64,000 bases of DNA from Spirochaetia bacterium (GTDB taxonomy: Bacteria; Spirochaetota; Spirochaetia; SP-2023): NCBI GenBank assembly GCA_965263295.1, contig OZ253665.1, positions 1,024,001 through 1,088,000 of the forward strand, written 5' to 3'. Of this stretch, positions 20,090 through 40,934 are shown piece after piece. The position numbers were made by a program, and so were the translations under genes. Numbering within the stretch: position 1 is the first letter of the stretch; every line of letters begins with the position of its first letter. The notes under the pieces were generated by a model that was given only the letters and a program-made list of their open reading frames with translations, ran no database searches and was not told the origin of the DNA.

Positions 20090-20587
20090 ATGGATGATTT
20101 TTCTATTTCCATATTAGACCTGTTATTAGTCATATTGACCGTATTTCTGGGCTTCCGTAGTTTGTTCAAAGGTGTAATTAGAGCCATTTTCTCGTTTCTG
20201 GGTATCAGCGCCGCCTATTTGGCCGCCTCCCTGTATTATAAACCGGTTGCCCTGAAACTCGCCGGCGTTCTGGGGCAAGCGCCCTGGCTCAATCTGGCCG
20301 GTTTTAGCGTGCTGTTCTTGCTTGTGATCTTCGCCTTTGCCATATTTGAAGCCACTTTATTGCATTCCTTTGTTCCCAATGTTTCCGCCAAGGATGTCGC
20401 CGGCTTGCTGGCCTTTGCCCTCGGTTTGCTGGAGGGCTTCTTGCTCTGTTCCGCCATAATTTGGGTACTACACAATTCTAATCTACCGAATTCCAAAGCC
20501 ATTTTTCAAAACAGTGTTTTCGCGCCCTACTACCTCAATTATAACCCTTTGTTATTCGGCCTTGAGAACCGACTAAGTCCAGGGTGA
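20090..20587 (+). CDS. cvpA: CvpA family (colicin V production) membrane protein
   Basis: ILDLLLVIL..GFRSLFKGVIR and about 4 TM segments; directly follows murG. Start could be 20051, 20081 or 20090. Confidence 0.8.
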   Translation: MDDFSISILDLLLVILTVFLGFRSLFKGVIRAIFSFLGISAAYLAASLYYKPVALKLAGVLGQAPWLNLAGFSVLFLLVIFAFAIFEATLLHSFVPNVSAKDVAGLLAFALGLLEGFLLCSAIIWVLHNSNLPNSKAIFQNSVFAPYYLNYNPLLFGLENRLSPG

Positions 20588-20621
20588 TTTAAGGGTGATT
20601 TGAGAGTAATTTAAGGGTGAT

Positions 20622-21623
20622 TTGCCTGAGATGAACCGCGCAGTCCGTATGTTATTTGTCCGTCATTCTGCCTCTTGTTTGTGCGGCGTCATATGCCTTG
20701 TGTGCGCCGGCTTTTTCCTTGCGTGTCAACAACCGGGCCTGCGGACGGCATATGACTACAGCGGTTTATTGCCGGATCAACAATTATTGTATTTGAGCCT
20801 GAGCACACAGCCGCAGGCCGCGAAAGCCGGTTTTCCGTATCGGCAGGTTCAGGCAAAGTTCCTGCAAGAAAAAAGGTTACAGAATTTTGTGGCCAAACGC
20901 CTGCTGCGCAGTCAGGCTGCCTTGGGCCCGCAGGGCCAGTTTTGCGCCGTAAATCAATTAGTGCTGGACAGTAAAGTATTTCGCCGGCAAATGGCCAAGC
21001 AAGACATTTGGCAGCCAATCGCTCAAGTGCCCGGCGCCTATCTGCACAGCAGCGGGCAGCAGGCACTGCAAATGCCAGAGCGCAATCTGCTCTATCTGAG
21101 CCAAGGCCCACAACAAAGCGTAGTTCTACGAGGCAAAGAACAGCAAGATTTCTACCACTTGTTACAGAGTGGAAACCAACGCAGCCAGTTGCCGCAGAAG
21201 TTTCGCGATTTGCAGAACGAAGTGCCCCTGGTGGTCTACAGCTCACACGTGATCGATCTGATTGTCCACCCATTACTGCAAAAAGCATTTCCCGCAACTC
21301 TGTCTTCATTTTCCAAAGTCAGCAGACAGTTCCCCGTCTCCGGGCTGCTCGTCTGGATTGCCGTAACGGCTAATAAAAAGGCGCCATTTGCGCTGCACCT
21401 GGAACTGACGAGCAAGTCTTCGCTGCTGAGCAAAGGTTTGGAGGCGGGCTTTCGGCTGTTTTTGCCCAGTCTGATTTTGCGTTCCAAGCAGGAATTTATT
21501 CGCAAACAATTGCCCAATATACGCCTGGAAAGCGTTGGACAGGATTTGCTGTTTGAGCTCCCCCTAGATGTGGATAGCCTGGCCCATATCCTTGAACAGT
21601 TGAAATTCGCGCCGGGCAAGTAG
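20622..21623 (+). CDS. Hypothetical lipoprotein
   Basis: Hydrophobic N-terminus ending in FFLA-C; start codon uncertain. Confidence 0.6.
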   Translation: MPEMNRAVRMLFVRHSASCLCGVICLVCAGFFLACQQPGLRTAYDYSGLLPDQQLLYLSLSTQPQAAKAGFPYRQVQAKFLQEKRLQNFVAKRLLRSQAALGPQGQFCAVNQLVLDSKVFRRQMAKQDIWQPIAQVPGAYLHSSGQQALQMPERNLLYLSQGPQQSVVLRGKEQQDFYHLLQSGNQRSQLPQKFRDLQNEVPLVVYSSHVIDLIVHPLLQKAFPATLSSFSKVSRQFPVSGLLVWIAVTANKKAPFALHLELTSKSSLLSKGLEAGFRLFLPSLILRSKQEFIRKQLPNIRLESVGQDLLFELPLDVDSLAHILEQLKFAPGK

Positions 21624-21671
21624 CCGGGCAAGTAGCCGGTAACTAGTTCGGTGAATATCTAGGTCGCCACC

Positions 21672-22442
21672 ATGCAGAAATCAGGGCAGGAACCACGGCA
21701 GGAACCACGGCGTTGTTACTCGCAGAAGAGCATTCGCAGCTTTGTGGTGCGCTCGGGAAAGTTCACCAGGGGTCAAGAGGCTAATTATCGCAAACTTAAC
21801 TCTAAATATTGCCTGGATTATCACGACTTCGGCGCGCACACGGGAGATCCTGTATGCCAATCTGAACGGCAAGCTTATTGGCAGCGACGGCGACAAGAAT
21901 GTCAGGCCCAGTCCCTGCTTTGCGAAATCGGTTTCGGCACTGGCTCGGCGACCTGGAAGCTTGCCCAGATGCACCCAGAGGCCCTGTACCTGGGAATTGA
22001 GGTCTATCGTGGCGGCATTGCCGCGCTGATGCAAAAGGCCGAAGAGATGGGGCTGGAAAACTTGCGCATCGTCGAGCACGACGCCCTGGAAGTCCTCGAA
22101 AACATGCTGCCACCGGCCAGCCTGGACGGCTTGCATATATTTTTCCCCGATCCCTGGCCCAAAAAACGTCACCGCAAGCGCCGCATCGTCAATGCGCAAA
22201 GCTTGCGATTGTTTTACAGCCGTTTAAAGCCCGGCGCCTACCTGTATTTTGTCACGGACTGGGTGGACTACGCGGAAACAATCCGTGAACTGGTGTGGGA
22301 ACAGTCCGACTCATGGGCTTTTGAAGCTGATGCGGACGGCTACTCTCGGCGCCGCAATTGGCGGGCGCAAAGTAAATTTGAAACAAAAGCTAGCCGGGAA
22401 GGCCGCCATAGCTTTGAATTGTTTTTGCGCAAACGAGTTTAA
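21672..22442 (+). CDS. trmB: tRNA (guanine-N7)-methyltransferase
   Basis: EIGFGTG, LGIEV, FFPDPWPKKRHRKRR and TDWVDY motifs. Confidence 0.95.
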   Translation: MQKSGQEPRQEPRRCYSQKSIRSFVVRSGKFTRGQEANYRKLNSKYCLDYHDFGAHTGDPVCQSERQAYWQRRRQECQAQSLLCEIGFGTGSATWKLAQMHPEALYLGIEVYRGGIAALMQKAEEMGLENLRIVEHDALEVLENMLPPASLDGLHIFFPDPWPKKRHRKRRIVNAQSLRLFYSRLKPGAYLYFVTDWVDYAETIRELVWEQSDSWAFEADADGYSRRRNWRAQSKFETKASREGRHSFELFLRKRV

Positions 22443-22763
22443 AGATTGCGAAGTCAAATATACAGAATTAAGGACACCGCGTAGAAAGTCAATAATTCTG
22501 ATAAAGAAAATCATTTTTTATCTCAAGATGATTAACTTATTACCGAATATAGGATATATCTTAGAGTCTTGTGCACCGGTCTGGCTCACAATAAAAGGAG
22601 GTGAATATCGGTTAAAAATACTTTTTTTGTAACCGTTTGCCACAGCGGCAATTTTTAGAAACGACTCTGAGAATTACCTTGAAGTCGTTTGTTTAACGTT
22701 TTCATTAGCGTTTAGGTAATTTATATTTTTAATTTTTTATATTTAATTTTAAGGAATTTCACA

Positions 22764-33618
<10,855 letters not shown>

Positions 33619-33672
33619 ATTGTCCCCAAATGAATCGGATTAGTTAATTTTTAAGGATTTATTCGCTGTGTG

Positions 33673-33708
33673 GTCGCCCCGCTTATTTAAAGTGGGGCGG
33701 CTTTTTTT
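33673..33708 (+). terminator. Rho-independent terminator of the giant lipoprotein gene
   Basis: GTCGCCCCGCTT / AAGTGGGGCGGC stem (with G-U pairs) followed by T7. Confidence 0.85.
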
Positions 33709-34191
33709 CGTGGAACCAAACCACGAAAAGCACGAAAGGTGGCGAAAGGGGGACCACGAAAGGGCACGAAATAGGGCGAAAAGGCACGAAATCTAGACGG
33801 GGGATCTGTGGGCGCCAGGGGAAAGCAGAAAAGGGGGCCGAATGAACGACGGGAGCTGCGGGAGGCGTTCAGGCGGGAGGCGCGGTGTTTTAGAATTTTC
33901 GTGTTGTTTTGTATTTTTTAGTGTTTTTCGTGGTTACTCGGCCAGGGACTATGAAAGGGAACCACGAATTGCACGAAAGGTGGCGAAATGTCACGAAATG
34001 GAGGCAGGGGGGCCGGAAATTTTCCTTTGGGTGGCAAGGAGGCAGGAAAAAAGGGCGACGGGAGGCAGGAAGGGCGTTTAGGCAGCAGGCGCGGTGTTTT
34101 AGAATTTTTCGTGTTGTTTCGTATTTTTTTGTGTTTTTCGTGGTTACTTGGCCAGGGACTATGGAGGGGAACCACGAAAAGCACGAAAGGT
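33702..34191. repeat. Array of ~210-bp units made of alternating inverted arms (ACCACGAAAAGCACGAAA / TTTCGTG..TTTTTCGTGGTT); REP/MITE-like
   Basis: Direct repeat 33878-33981 vs 34087-34191. Left arms at 33719, 33753, 33960 and 34170; right arms end at 33935 and 34145. Confidence 0.8.
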
Positions 34192-34207
34192 CGGCATCAG
34201 CAACAGA

Positions 34208-35212
34208 CTACAGACAGGTAGTTATTTGTCGCCGAATACGCTCCCAGTCCAAGCCAGGAAAAGGCAGGTCATTTTGCCAACAAGCTGCCTGCAATGTATT
34301 ATATAATAACATTGTGATGGTCATCGGGCCAATCCCACCAGGAACCGGAGTTATATGACTGGCTTTGGGCAATAACGCTTCGTAGTCCATATCCCCGACC
34401 AGGCGGTAACCGCGTTTTCGGCTCCGATCTTCAATACGATTGATACCGACATCTATCAAAATGGTATGCGCTTTTGCCATATCAGCCCTCACCAAACCGG
34501 GGCAACCTGCCGCTGAAATAATAACGTCAGCGTTGAGGCAATGAGCTGCCAGATCTTTTGTATGCGAATTACACTGGGTCACCGTAGCGTCACCTAAACC
34601 CAGGTTAAAGCCTTCATCTGGTTTCTGAGAAAGCAGATGACTGAGGGGATTACCAACGATATGGCTGCGACCAATGACGCAAATATTTTTGCCACACACA
34701 GCCTCAGGGCCCAGGCCGTAAGCCTTCATCAGAGCCAGAATTCCCATCGGTGTACAAGGCTTCAAGCCATGCGCGTGATTGCTAAACAGGGCCCCCTGAT
34801 TTTGTATTGTAAAACAGTCCACATCTTTGGCGGCTAGAATGGTTTTATTGACCTGAGCTTCGGCGGCAGCTTCATTCTGGGACCAAGCTTGTGGCAGCGG
34901 CAATTGGACCAAGACACCGTGACAATTTACCTGAGTTTGAATTTCCTCCAGCTTCTGCAGCCCTTCTTCCAAGACCAAGCTCGCCGGGAAATGATGCACC
35001 GTACTGGCGATGCCCACTCTTTCCGCAGCCCGCTTCTTGCCCCTGACATAAGAAACACTCGGCGCAAAGTCCCCAAATAAAAGGACATCCAAACCAGGCG
35101 TCAGGCCATGTTGCGATTGCAATGCAGCGGCAATTTCCGCAAGTTGCCCCTGGATAACAGAGGCGCATTTGTTGCCGTCAAGAAGTACGGGAGGGGAAAA
35201 ACTTGCAGACAT
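34208..35212 (-). CDS. folD: Bifunctional methylenetetrahydrofolate dehydrogenase/cyclohydrolase
   Basis: LVQLPLP, KDVDCF, PCTPMG, GRSHIVGNP, IDVGINR and TPVPGGIGPMT motifs. Confidence 0.96.
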   Translation of the reverse strand: MSASFSPPVLLDGNKCASVIQGQLAEIAAALQSQHGLTPGLDVLLFGDFAPSVSYVRGKKRAAERVGIASTVHHFPASLVLEEGLQKLEEIQTQVNCHGVLVQLPLPQAWSQNEAAAEAQVNKTILAAKDVDCFTIQNQGALFSNHAHGLKPCTPMGILALMKAYGLGPEAVCGKNICVIGRSHIVGNPLSHLLSQKPDEGFNLGLGDATVTQCNSHTKDLAAHCLNADVIISAAGCPGLVRADMAKAHTILIDVGINRIEDRSRKRGYRLVGDMDYEALLPKASHITPVPGGIGPMTITMLLYNTLQAACWQNDLPFPGLDWERIRRQITTCL

Positions 35213-35300
35213 AAGAATGCTCCTTTACTATATCAATTACTATGTCAATTTTTTTCTTACCGACTCTTTCCGCTGTGACATCTACATGACAGAGTCCCAG

Positions 35301-36359
35301 CTAGAATTCGGCATTGGCAACGCGCAAGGACTGAATCAGCTCATCTAGTCCCCCCTGTACGACGAAGTCAAGCTTATACAAAGTCAAGGAAATTCGGTGG
35401 TCTGTAACACGATTTTGCGGGAAATTATAGGTGCGAATGCGACCAGAACGATCGCCGGTGCCAACCTGGCTCTTGCGCTCAGCCGCACGTTCAGCTTCAG
35501 CCTGTTGCCGCAAATGAGCCAAGAGGCGACTGCTCAACATTTTCATTGCTTTTGCTCGATTCTTGATTTGCGAGCGTTCGTCTTGGCATTGCACGACTAG
35601 ACCCGAAGGGATATGTATAATGCGAACTGCCGAATCTGTAGTATTGACATGCTGGCCGCCGGCACCTGCGGCACGGTATGTATCAATCCTCAGATCTTTC
35701 TCTTGAATATCTACATCCATTTCTTCAGCTTCGGGCAGCACGGCCACGGTGGCCGCAGAAGTATGAATACGGCCTTGCGATTCAGTAACCGGAATGCGCT
35801 GCACGCGATGCGTACCACTTTCATAACGCAACATGCCATAGACCTCTTTGCCCTTGATGCTGAATATAATTTCTTTATATCCCCCCTGCTCTTGTTCACT
35901 GACACTGAGCAACTCGGCAGCCCAGCCCTGCTTTTCCGCATAACGCAGATACATACGATATAAATCCCCAGCAAATAACGCCGCCTCGTCCCCACCCGTT
36001 CCGGCGCGAATTTCCATTATGATATTGCGCGAATCAAAGGGATCGACAGGAACCAGTAACAACTTTAAGTCTTCTATCGCCTGCTTAAAATCTTGCTCCA
36101 GAGTCGGCAACTCTTCTTCATAGAGCGCCAACATATCTTTATCTTTCTCACTCTGCAGGGCTAAGCGAACATCGGCCAACTGTGTCTTCAGATTTTGATA
36201 TCGCTGATATGCGCCCTTCAACTCAATACCCTGCTGATATTGTCGCATCACTTTCGCATAACGCTTCTGATCCTTAATCAAGGCTGGATCCATGGCGAGC
36301 TGATCGACATCTTTCAGCTCGTCTAGCGCTTCATGTACTTTAGATTCAATTCCCGTCAT
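35301..36359 (-). CDS. prfA: Peptide chain release factor 1
   Basis: GTGGDEA, PVT codon-recognition motif, GAGGQHVN and [15 protein letters not shown]. Confidence 0.97.
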   Translation of the reverse strand: MTGIESKVHEALDELKDVDQLAMDPALIKDQKRYAKVMRQYQQGIELKGAYQRYQNLKTQLADVRLALQSEKDKDMLALYEEELPTLEQDFKQAIEDLKLLLVPVDPFDSRNIIMEIRAGTGGDEAALFAGDLYRMYLRYAEKQGWAAELLSVSEQEQGGYKEIIFSIKGKEVYGMLRYESGTHRVQRIPVTESQGRIHTSAATVAVLPEAEEMDVDIQEKDLRIDTYRAAGAGGQHVNTTDSAVRIIHIPSGLVVQCQDERSQIKNRAKAMKMLSSRLLAHLRQQAEAERAAERKSQVGTGDRSGRIRTYNFPQNRVTDHRISLTLYKLDFVVQGGLDELIQSLRVANAEF

Positions 36360-36406
36360 TATCACCTAACCGATGGAGAAAATATTTTTCTGGCATATTT
36401 ACGTCT

Positions 36407-38527
36407 TTAACCGTAGAGCTTGCGCTCATTTCCACGTTTCGACGGGACGGCAAAGAACCCATCTTCTTCGCTAAAGGCCCACACCTGGTTGCGGCCATTC
36501 TCCTTGGCCTGATATAAACTCTTATCAGCATAATTCAAAGTATCTGTAAAAGACAGATCCCGCGAACTGCTCGCCAGGCCAATACAAATTGTCAACTGTA
36601 AAGACGCCTCTCGGGTCTGGATAATCATTTGTTCCACCGTGCGCCGGGCACCTTCTGCTACCTGTATAGCCCCCTGCAAAGAGGTATCAGGCAGGATAAT
36701 CAAAAATTCCTCCCCACCCCAGCGCCCGAGGTGATCACTCATACGAAAAGTTGAAACCAGTGAGTTGGTCAAGGACTTTAAGGCCAAGTCTCCGATCTCA
36801 TGGCCATACTTATCATTGATATCTTTAAAGCGATCAACGTCCAGCAAAATCAATGAAAAAATAGAGCCAGAACGTTTCATACGATTAAATTCGTAACTGC
36901 AAATCTGGTCCAGACCCTTGCGATTTAATAGCCCCGTCAGCTCATCTGTAACGGACTGTTCACGCCAGTAATTGACAGTCTCCACCAGTTTGACAAAACG
37001 CTGCTGCACTTCGAGAACCAGGCGTTCGCCCATCGCACTCTCGGCATCCAACGCCTGGATTTTGGCAAGTAACTCTGCATGGGAATAACCCTCCTGCCCT
37101 TCTTTGCCATCGTCGCAGTTGTCATGCCTTTCCACTAGCTCATCAGGAGAGGGCAAACGCTTGACATACTGGCTAATGTGTAAAAAGTCCCTGGCATATT
37201 GAGTCATGAAAAACGAATAAAACAACAACGGAATAAACATAATGGTAAAAAATATAGCAAATAGAAGAACTATATTTATCAACTTGCGTCGATAGTTGCC
37301 ATTCAAAAACTGCGATTTGTCCCACCAAATCTGATTAACCACGCTATCTAAAATAACCAGATTACGCGAAGTCGGTAGCATGTACATTTTCCCAATCGAA
37401 ATCACCTGTGACTTATAGTCATTGTGATACCGTTGATCCAGACTCTCAAAAATATTACTGACAACCAATGGCTTCATGTAACCACGCATCTGCAAGTCCA
37501 TATCCAGGCGCCTGCCACGCTCCTCCTCGCTTTCGGCGCTCAGCAAAAAATCTAGACTCGGATCAGCCAGATTAGGATCACTAGATGGGCGAATTACGGC
37601 CAGAATGGCTGAGGCCATTTCTGAGTAAAAGACATCTCTTTGATTGCTCAATTTACCACTACTCAAGCCATATTTCTCTAAACTTGTTTGATTTCCGTAG
37701 GTTTTAAAAAAATACGAATTATCTTCCGCCTCGTCCAAGGTCAACAAGCTTGTCTGTAATTGATTACGATTACCTTCTATATGATTCAATTGGTTTACAA
37801 AATAAGTAAAGAATTCGTTTGCCCGGTCAAAAACATTGCCCATCTCAATGGATACCGCAAAACGCAGTTCACGACCTTCCATCGCAAAGTCGTAAAGCAG
37901 TAACGTCAATACCGACTCCAAAGTGTGGTGAGAAATACCTAATTGAAGATCATACTGCAAATATGAAGAAACACTGCGATCCTTCAAAATCTTTGCAGCG
38001 TCATAACCCAAATACAATTGAACGTCCATAGGTTTTAAATCGGCAAGGTTTTTCCAACCAGCTTGCTTTTGATCTGCTACCTGCAAGACCTCTCCTGCCG
38101 TGCCAAGCAGATAGTAATAAACCTTCCCTCCTAGATCCAGGCCCTGCAAGTCAGGGTAATCTTTTAAAAATTGCGTATAAAACTCCAGGTATTCAGCATT
38201 ATCCCAGCTGAGTCTAGCATCACCTTGAGCTTCCAGCTCCGTCTCCAAGCGCTCAAGAAAAGCATAAAAGCTTATTAAATGGGAACTGATCTTACTGAGC
38301 CAGAACTGTTTCCAGCTTGAGCTTAAGTTTTCCCAGATAGCTTCGTGCTTCGCTTCCAATTCTTCATCAGTATGGCGAATTCGTTCAATATTGTACTTTT
38401 CATCCGTGAAATAGGCAGCTACAAAAGGACCTATCAGAGCGGCAAAGCCAACAATTACAAACAAAACAGCTAAAAGAGCATATAAATGTAGTTTTGTTGG
38501 CAGTTTTGAATCGTATTTCAGCTCCAT
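36407..38527 (-). CDS. Membrane-bound diguanylate cyclase (2 TM, large extracytoplasmic sensor region, GGDEF domain)
   Basis: DELTGLLNR, DVDRFKDINDKYGH, RMSD I-site and GGEEF. Confidence 0.92.
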   Translation of the reverse strand: MELKYDSKLPTKLHLYALLAVLFVIVGFAALIGPFVAAYFTDEKYNIERIRHTDEELEAKHEAIWENLSSSWKQFWLSKISSHLISFYAFLERLETELEAQGDARLSWDNAEYLEFYTQFLKDYPDLQGLDLGGKVYYYLLGTAGEVLQVADQKQAGWKNLADLKPMDVQLYLGYDAAKILKDRSVSSYLQYDLQLGISHHTLESVLTLLLYDFAMEGRELRFAVSIEMGNVFDRANEFFTYFVNQLNHIEGNRNQLQTSLLTLDEAEDNSYFFKTYGNQTSLEKYGLSSGKLSNQRDVFYSEMASAILAVIRPSSDPNLADPSLDFLLSAESEEERGRRLDMDLQMRGYMKPLVVSNIFESLDQRYHNDYKSQVISIGKMYMLPTSRNLVILDSVVNQIWWDKSQFLNGNYRRKLINIVLLFAIFFTIMFIPLLFYSFFMTQYARDFLHISQYVKRLPSPDELVERHDNCDDGKEGQEGYSHAELLAKIQALDAESAMGERLVLEVQQRFVKLVETVNYWREQSVTDELTGLLNRKGLDQICSYEFNRMKRSGSIFSLILLDVDRFKDINDKYGHEIGDLALKSLTNSLVSTFRMSDHLGRWGGEEFLIILPDTSLQGAIQVAEGARRTVEQMIIQTREASLQLTICIGLASSSRDLSFTDTLNYADKSLYQAKENGRNQVWAFSEEDGFFAVPSKRGNERKLYG

Positions 38528-38626
38528 CCTTTAAGTCCAAAGGTCCCAGTAAGTATAACAATTAAAATTGCAGCACATGCTATATATTTTTTAGTTCTTG
38601 GGCTAGTATTTTATAATAAGGTTTCA

Positions 38627-39541
38627 TTAGCATTCGGGCAGTCCCAGCAAACGCCTTACGTAGGAACCTGCTTCAAATGCGGCTAACTGATCATATTTCT
38701 CTCCTTGTCCGGCATATAAAACCGGCAACTTCAACTTTTCACTCAAAGAAAAGACAACTCCGCCACCACAATTAGAATCTAACTTCGTCACGACAGCGCC
38801 ACTCAACGGCAAAACCTCGGAAAAGGCCACGGCCTGCACCATGGCATTCTTGCCAGTGGTGGCATCCAGAACCAATAAATTATGTCTTTGTTCTGCGGCA
38901 ATCAAACGATCCAATACCCGATTGATCTTTTCTAATTCCTGTAACAAAATTTTTTTAGTATGCATTCGACCTGCGGTATCGAGCAAAACCAGTTGATGTT
39001 CCCGTGCCAAAGCGCTGGAGACGGCATCGTAGATCACGGCAGCACTGTCACTCCCCTGTTTCTGGGCCACTACGCGAACTCCCAAACGTTGACCGTGAAC
39101 TTTTAGCTGCTCAATGGCTGCAGCTCGAAAGGTGTCTCCCGCCCCGACAGTAATTTTATCTAAAGATATACCAAGCTTCTCGTTAAAATAATGAATCAAC
39201 TTGGCCAAACTCGTAGTCTTGCCCACACCATTTATCCCCAAAAGCATCAATACCTGCAGAGAATCGGCGGAATGAATCCGCTTCTCAAGGCGACCATCGT
39301 TACCTAGTAGAACAGCTTCCAGCTGCTGGGCCAATTGCAACAACAGATCTTCTTCGCTCTGCAACTTTTGTTTAATGGCCTGTTGTCGCAACTCTTCGCT
39401 GAAATTTATGGCCAATGTCGGGTCAATATCGGCTTCAAGCAAAAGATCTTCAAGTTCGTCCAGACTCTTGGTCGAAAACTGCGGTTTTTGAAAAAATTCC
39501 CGCAGGCGCTGTTGCCAAGAGCGTCGATTCAATAGTCCCAT
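38627..39541 (-). CDS. ftsY: Signal recognition particle receptor FtsY
   Basis: GINGVGKTT, DTFRAAA, DTAGR and TKLD motifs. Confidence 0.95.
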   Translation of the reverse strand: MGLLNRRSWQQRLREFFQKPQFSTKSLDELEDLLLEADIDPTLAINFSEELRQQAIKQKLQSEEDLLLQLAQQLEAVLLGNDGRLEKRIHSADSLQVLMLLGINGVGKTTSLAKLIHYFNEKLGISLDKITVGAGDTFRAAAIEQLKVHGQRLGVRVVAQKQGSDSAAVIYDAVSSALAREHQLVLLDTAGRMHTKKILLQELEKINRVLDRLIAAEQRHNLLVLDATTGKNAMVQAVAFSEVLPLSGAVVTKLDSNCGGGVVFSLSEKLKLPVLYAGQGEKYDQLAAFEAGSYVRRLLGLPEC

Positions 39542-39614
39542 TATTTTAATTCCCTTAAATTATCCATTTATTTATAATGGAAACATGGATGAAATGTTCT
39601 CACAACCAAGATCA

Positions 39615-40934
39615 TCAAGAAAACAAAGCTCTCTGATTGCTGTCTTGCGGTTTTTTCCCGTCGCCGATAACTTGATCCAGTCCCAGTTTACTGAGCCACT
39701 GCTCCCATTGCTCCGGACTATCAAATTCGACCTGCAACAACGCTCTACGCGGCCGAACGGAAGAGTTCGCCAGCTGCTCTCCGCTTGGTTCTCCACTTGG
39801 CACTTCACTCAGGTTCCCCTGCAGACGTAATTCTAAATTCAGGTGCAGGGCCTCCGCCAAATGAATTTCCAATTCTTTAATACTAAATAACATGTCGTAT
39901 ACACGCCAGTGCTCTGTGCCAAGCCGGTTCTGGTCTGGAAGCGTATAGCCACTGCGCCCGGTCGCATCGCCTAAATGCGACTTTTTGGCATTAGCCGCAG
40001 GCGTAGCTGGCCCTCTTTGTATACGGGGGCTCAATGTTTGCGGAGCTTTCTTGGGGGGAGCTTCAGCCTCAGGCCCTGCTTCTGGCGCTAAAATTTCAAC
40101 CCCCAGATCAGGCGCTTCACTCCGTGCGGCTGGCTCTGCTTGATTCCATTGCAGGCCGTAACGCTCAACCTGACGCACGGTCCAAGACTCCGCCACGCAA
40201 CGCTCATAAGCCTCAAGCAAGCGTGCTGTGTCCTTAATCATCAGCAGAGCCTTGGCATGGCCAGAGCGAATCTGTCCTTGAGTCAGGCCCTCCTGCACGG
40301 CAGGAGGCAGTTGCAACAGGCGCAAGCTATTGGCCAGCGCCGAACGCCCTTTCCCCAGACGCTTGGCCATTTCGTTTTGCGAGAGTCCAGAGATACGCAG
40401 CAGATGCTCATACGCCAGGGCCTCGTCAATCGGAGTCAAGTCTTCGCGCTGAATATTTTCGATCAGAGCCAGCTCAAAATGCTCGACCTCCGAAACAGCC
40501 TTGACAATGGCGGGAATGCGTTGCCACTTAAGGACCTGGCAGGCACGGAAACGGCGCTCACCCGCAATGATGCGATATTTTACATCATCCTTGGCAAGCT
40601 CGGGCTCAGACACGGGCACAACCAGAATGGGCGATAAAAGTCCGTGTTCAAATATCGACTGGGCCAGCTCACTAATCGTCAACTCGTCAAAATACTTGCG
40701 CGGTTGCCCATCAGACGCACAAATACTGGCCAAAGGCAATTCCTGGATCTGCGTGCCCACAAGCTTATGGGCTTCTCCCGCCACAGCCTGCTGATCTCCT
40801 GCGACGGCATGCTCCCCCTCTTCGTGCCAATCGGCACAAACGTTTTTCTTCATTTGCTCTAAGCGATTACTTAAATCATCAGCGGGGAGCAAAGCCTCCA
40901 GCCCCCTGCCCAAGCCGGTTACGCGTTTAGCCAC
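39615..40934 (-). CDS. parB: Chromosome partitioning protein ParB
   Basis: GTG start with AGGAGG RBS; GLGRGLEALL, QPRKYF, IIAGERRFRA, ENIQREDL and an HTH. Confidence 0.93.
   Translation of the reverse strand: MAKRVTGLGRGLEALLPADDLSNRLEQMKKNVCADWHEEGEHAVAGDQQAVAGEAHKLVGTQIQELPLASICASDGQPRKYFDELTISELAQSIFEHGLLSPILVVPVSEPELAKDDVKYRIIAGERRFRACQVLKWQRIPAIVKAVSEVEHFELALIENIQREDLTPIDEALAYEHLLRISGLSQNEMAKRLGKGRSALANSLRLLQLPPAVQEGLTQGQIRSGHAKALLMIKDTARLLEAYERCVAESWTVRQVERYGLQWNQAEPAARSEAPDLGVEILAPEAGPEAEAPPKKAPQTLSPRIQRGPATPAANAKKSHLGDATGRSGYTLPDQNRLGTEHWRVYDMLFSIKELEIHLAEALHLNLELRLQGNLSEVPSGEPSGEQLANSSVRPRRALLQVEFDSPEQWEQWLSKLGLDQVIGDGKKPQDSNQRALFS

Noticed and set aside
33702..34191. Repeat array as CRISPR or integron attC cassettes
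   Set aside because: The inter-arm segments are themselves similar between units, the arms alternate in orientation, and there is no cas gene, integrase or cassette ORF.
33842..34358. Short ORFs in the repeat array (NHEKHER / FFVFFVV peptides)
   Set aside because: Translations of inverted-repeat arms; one also overlaps folD on the antisense strand.
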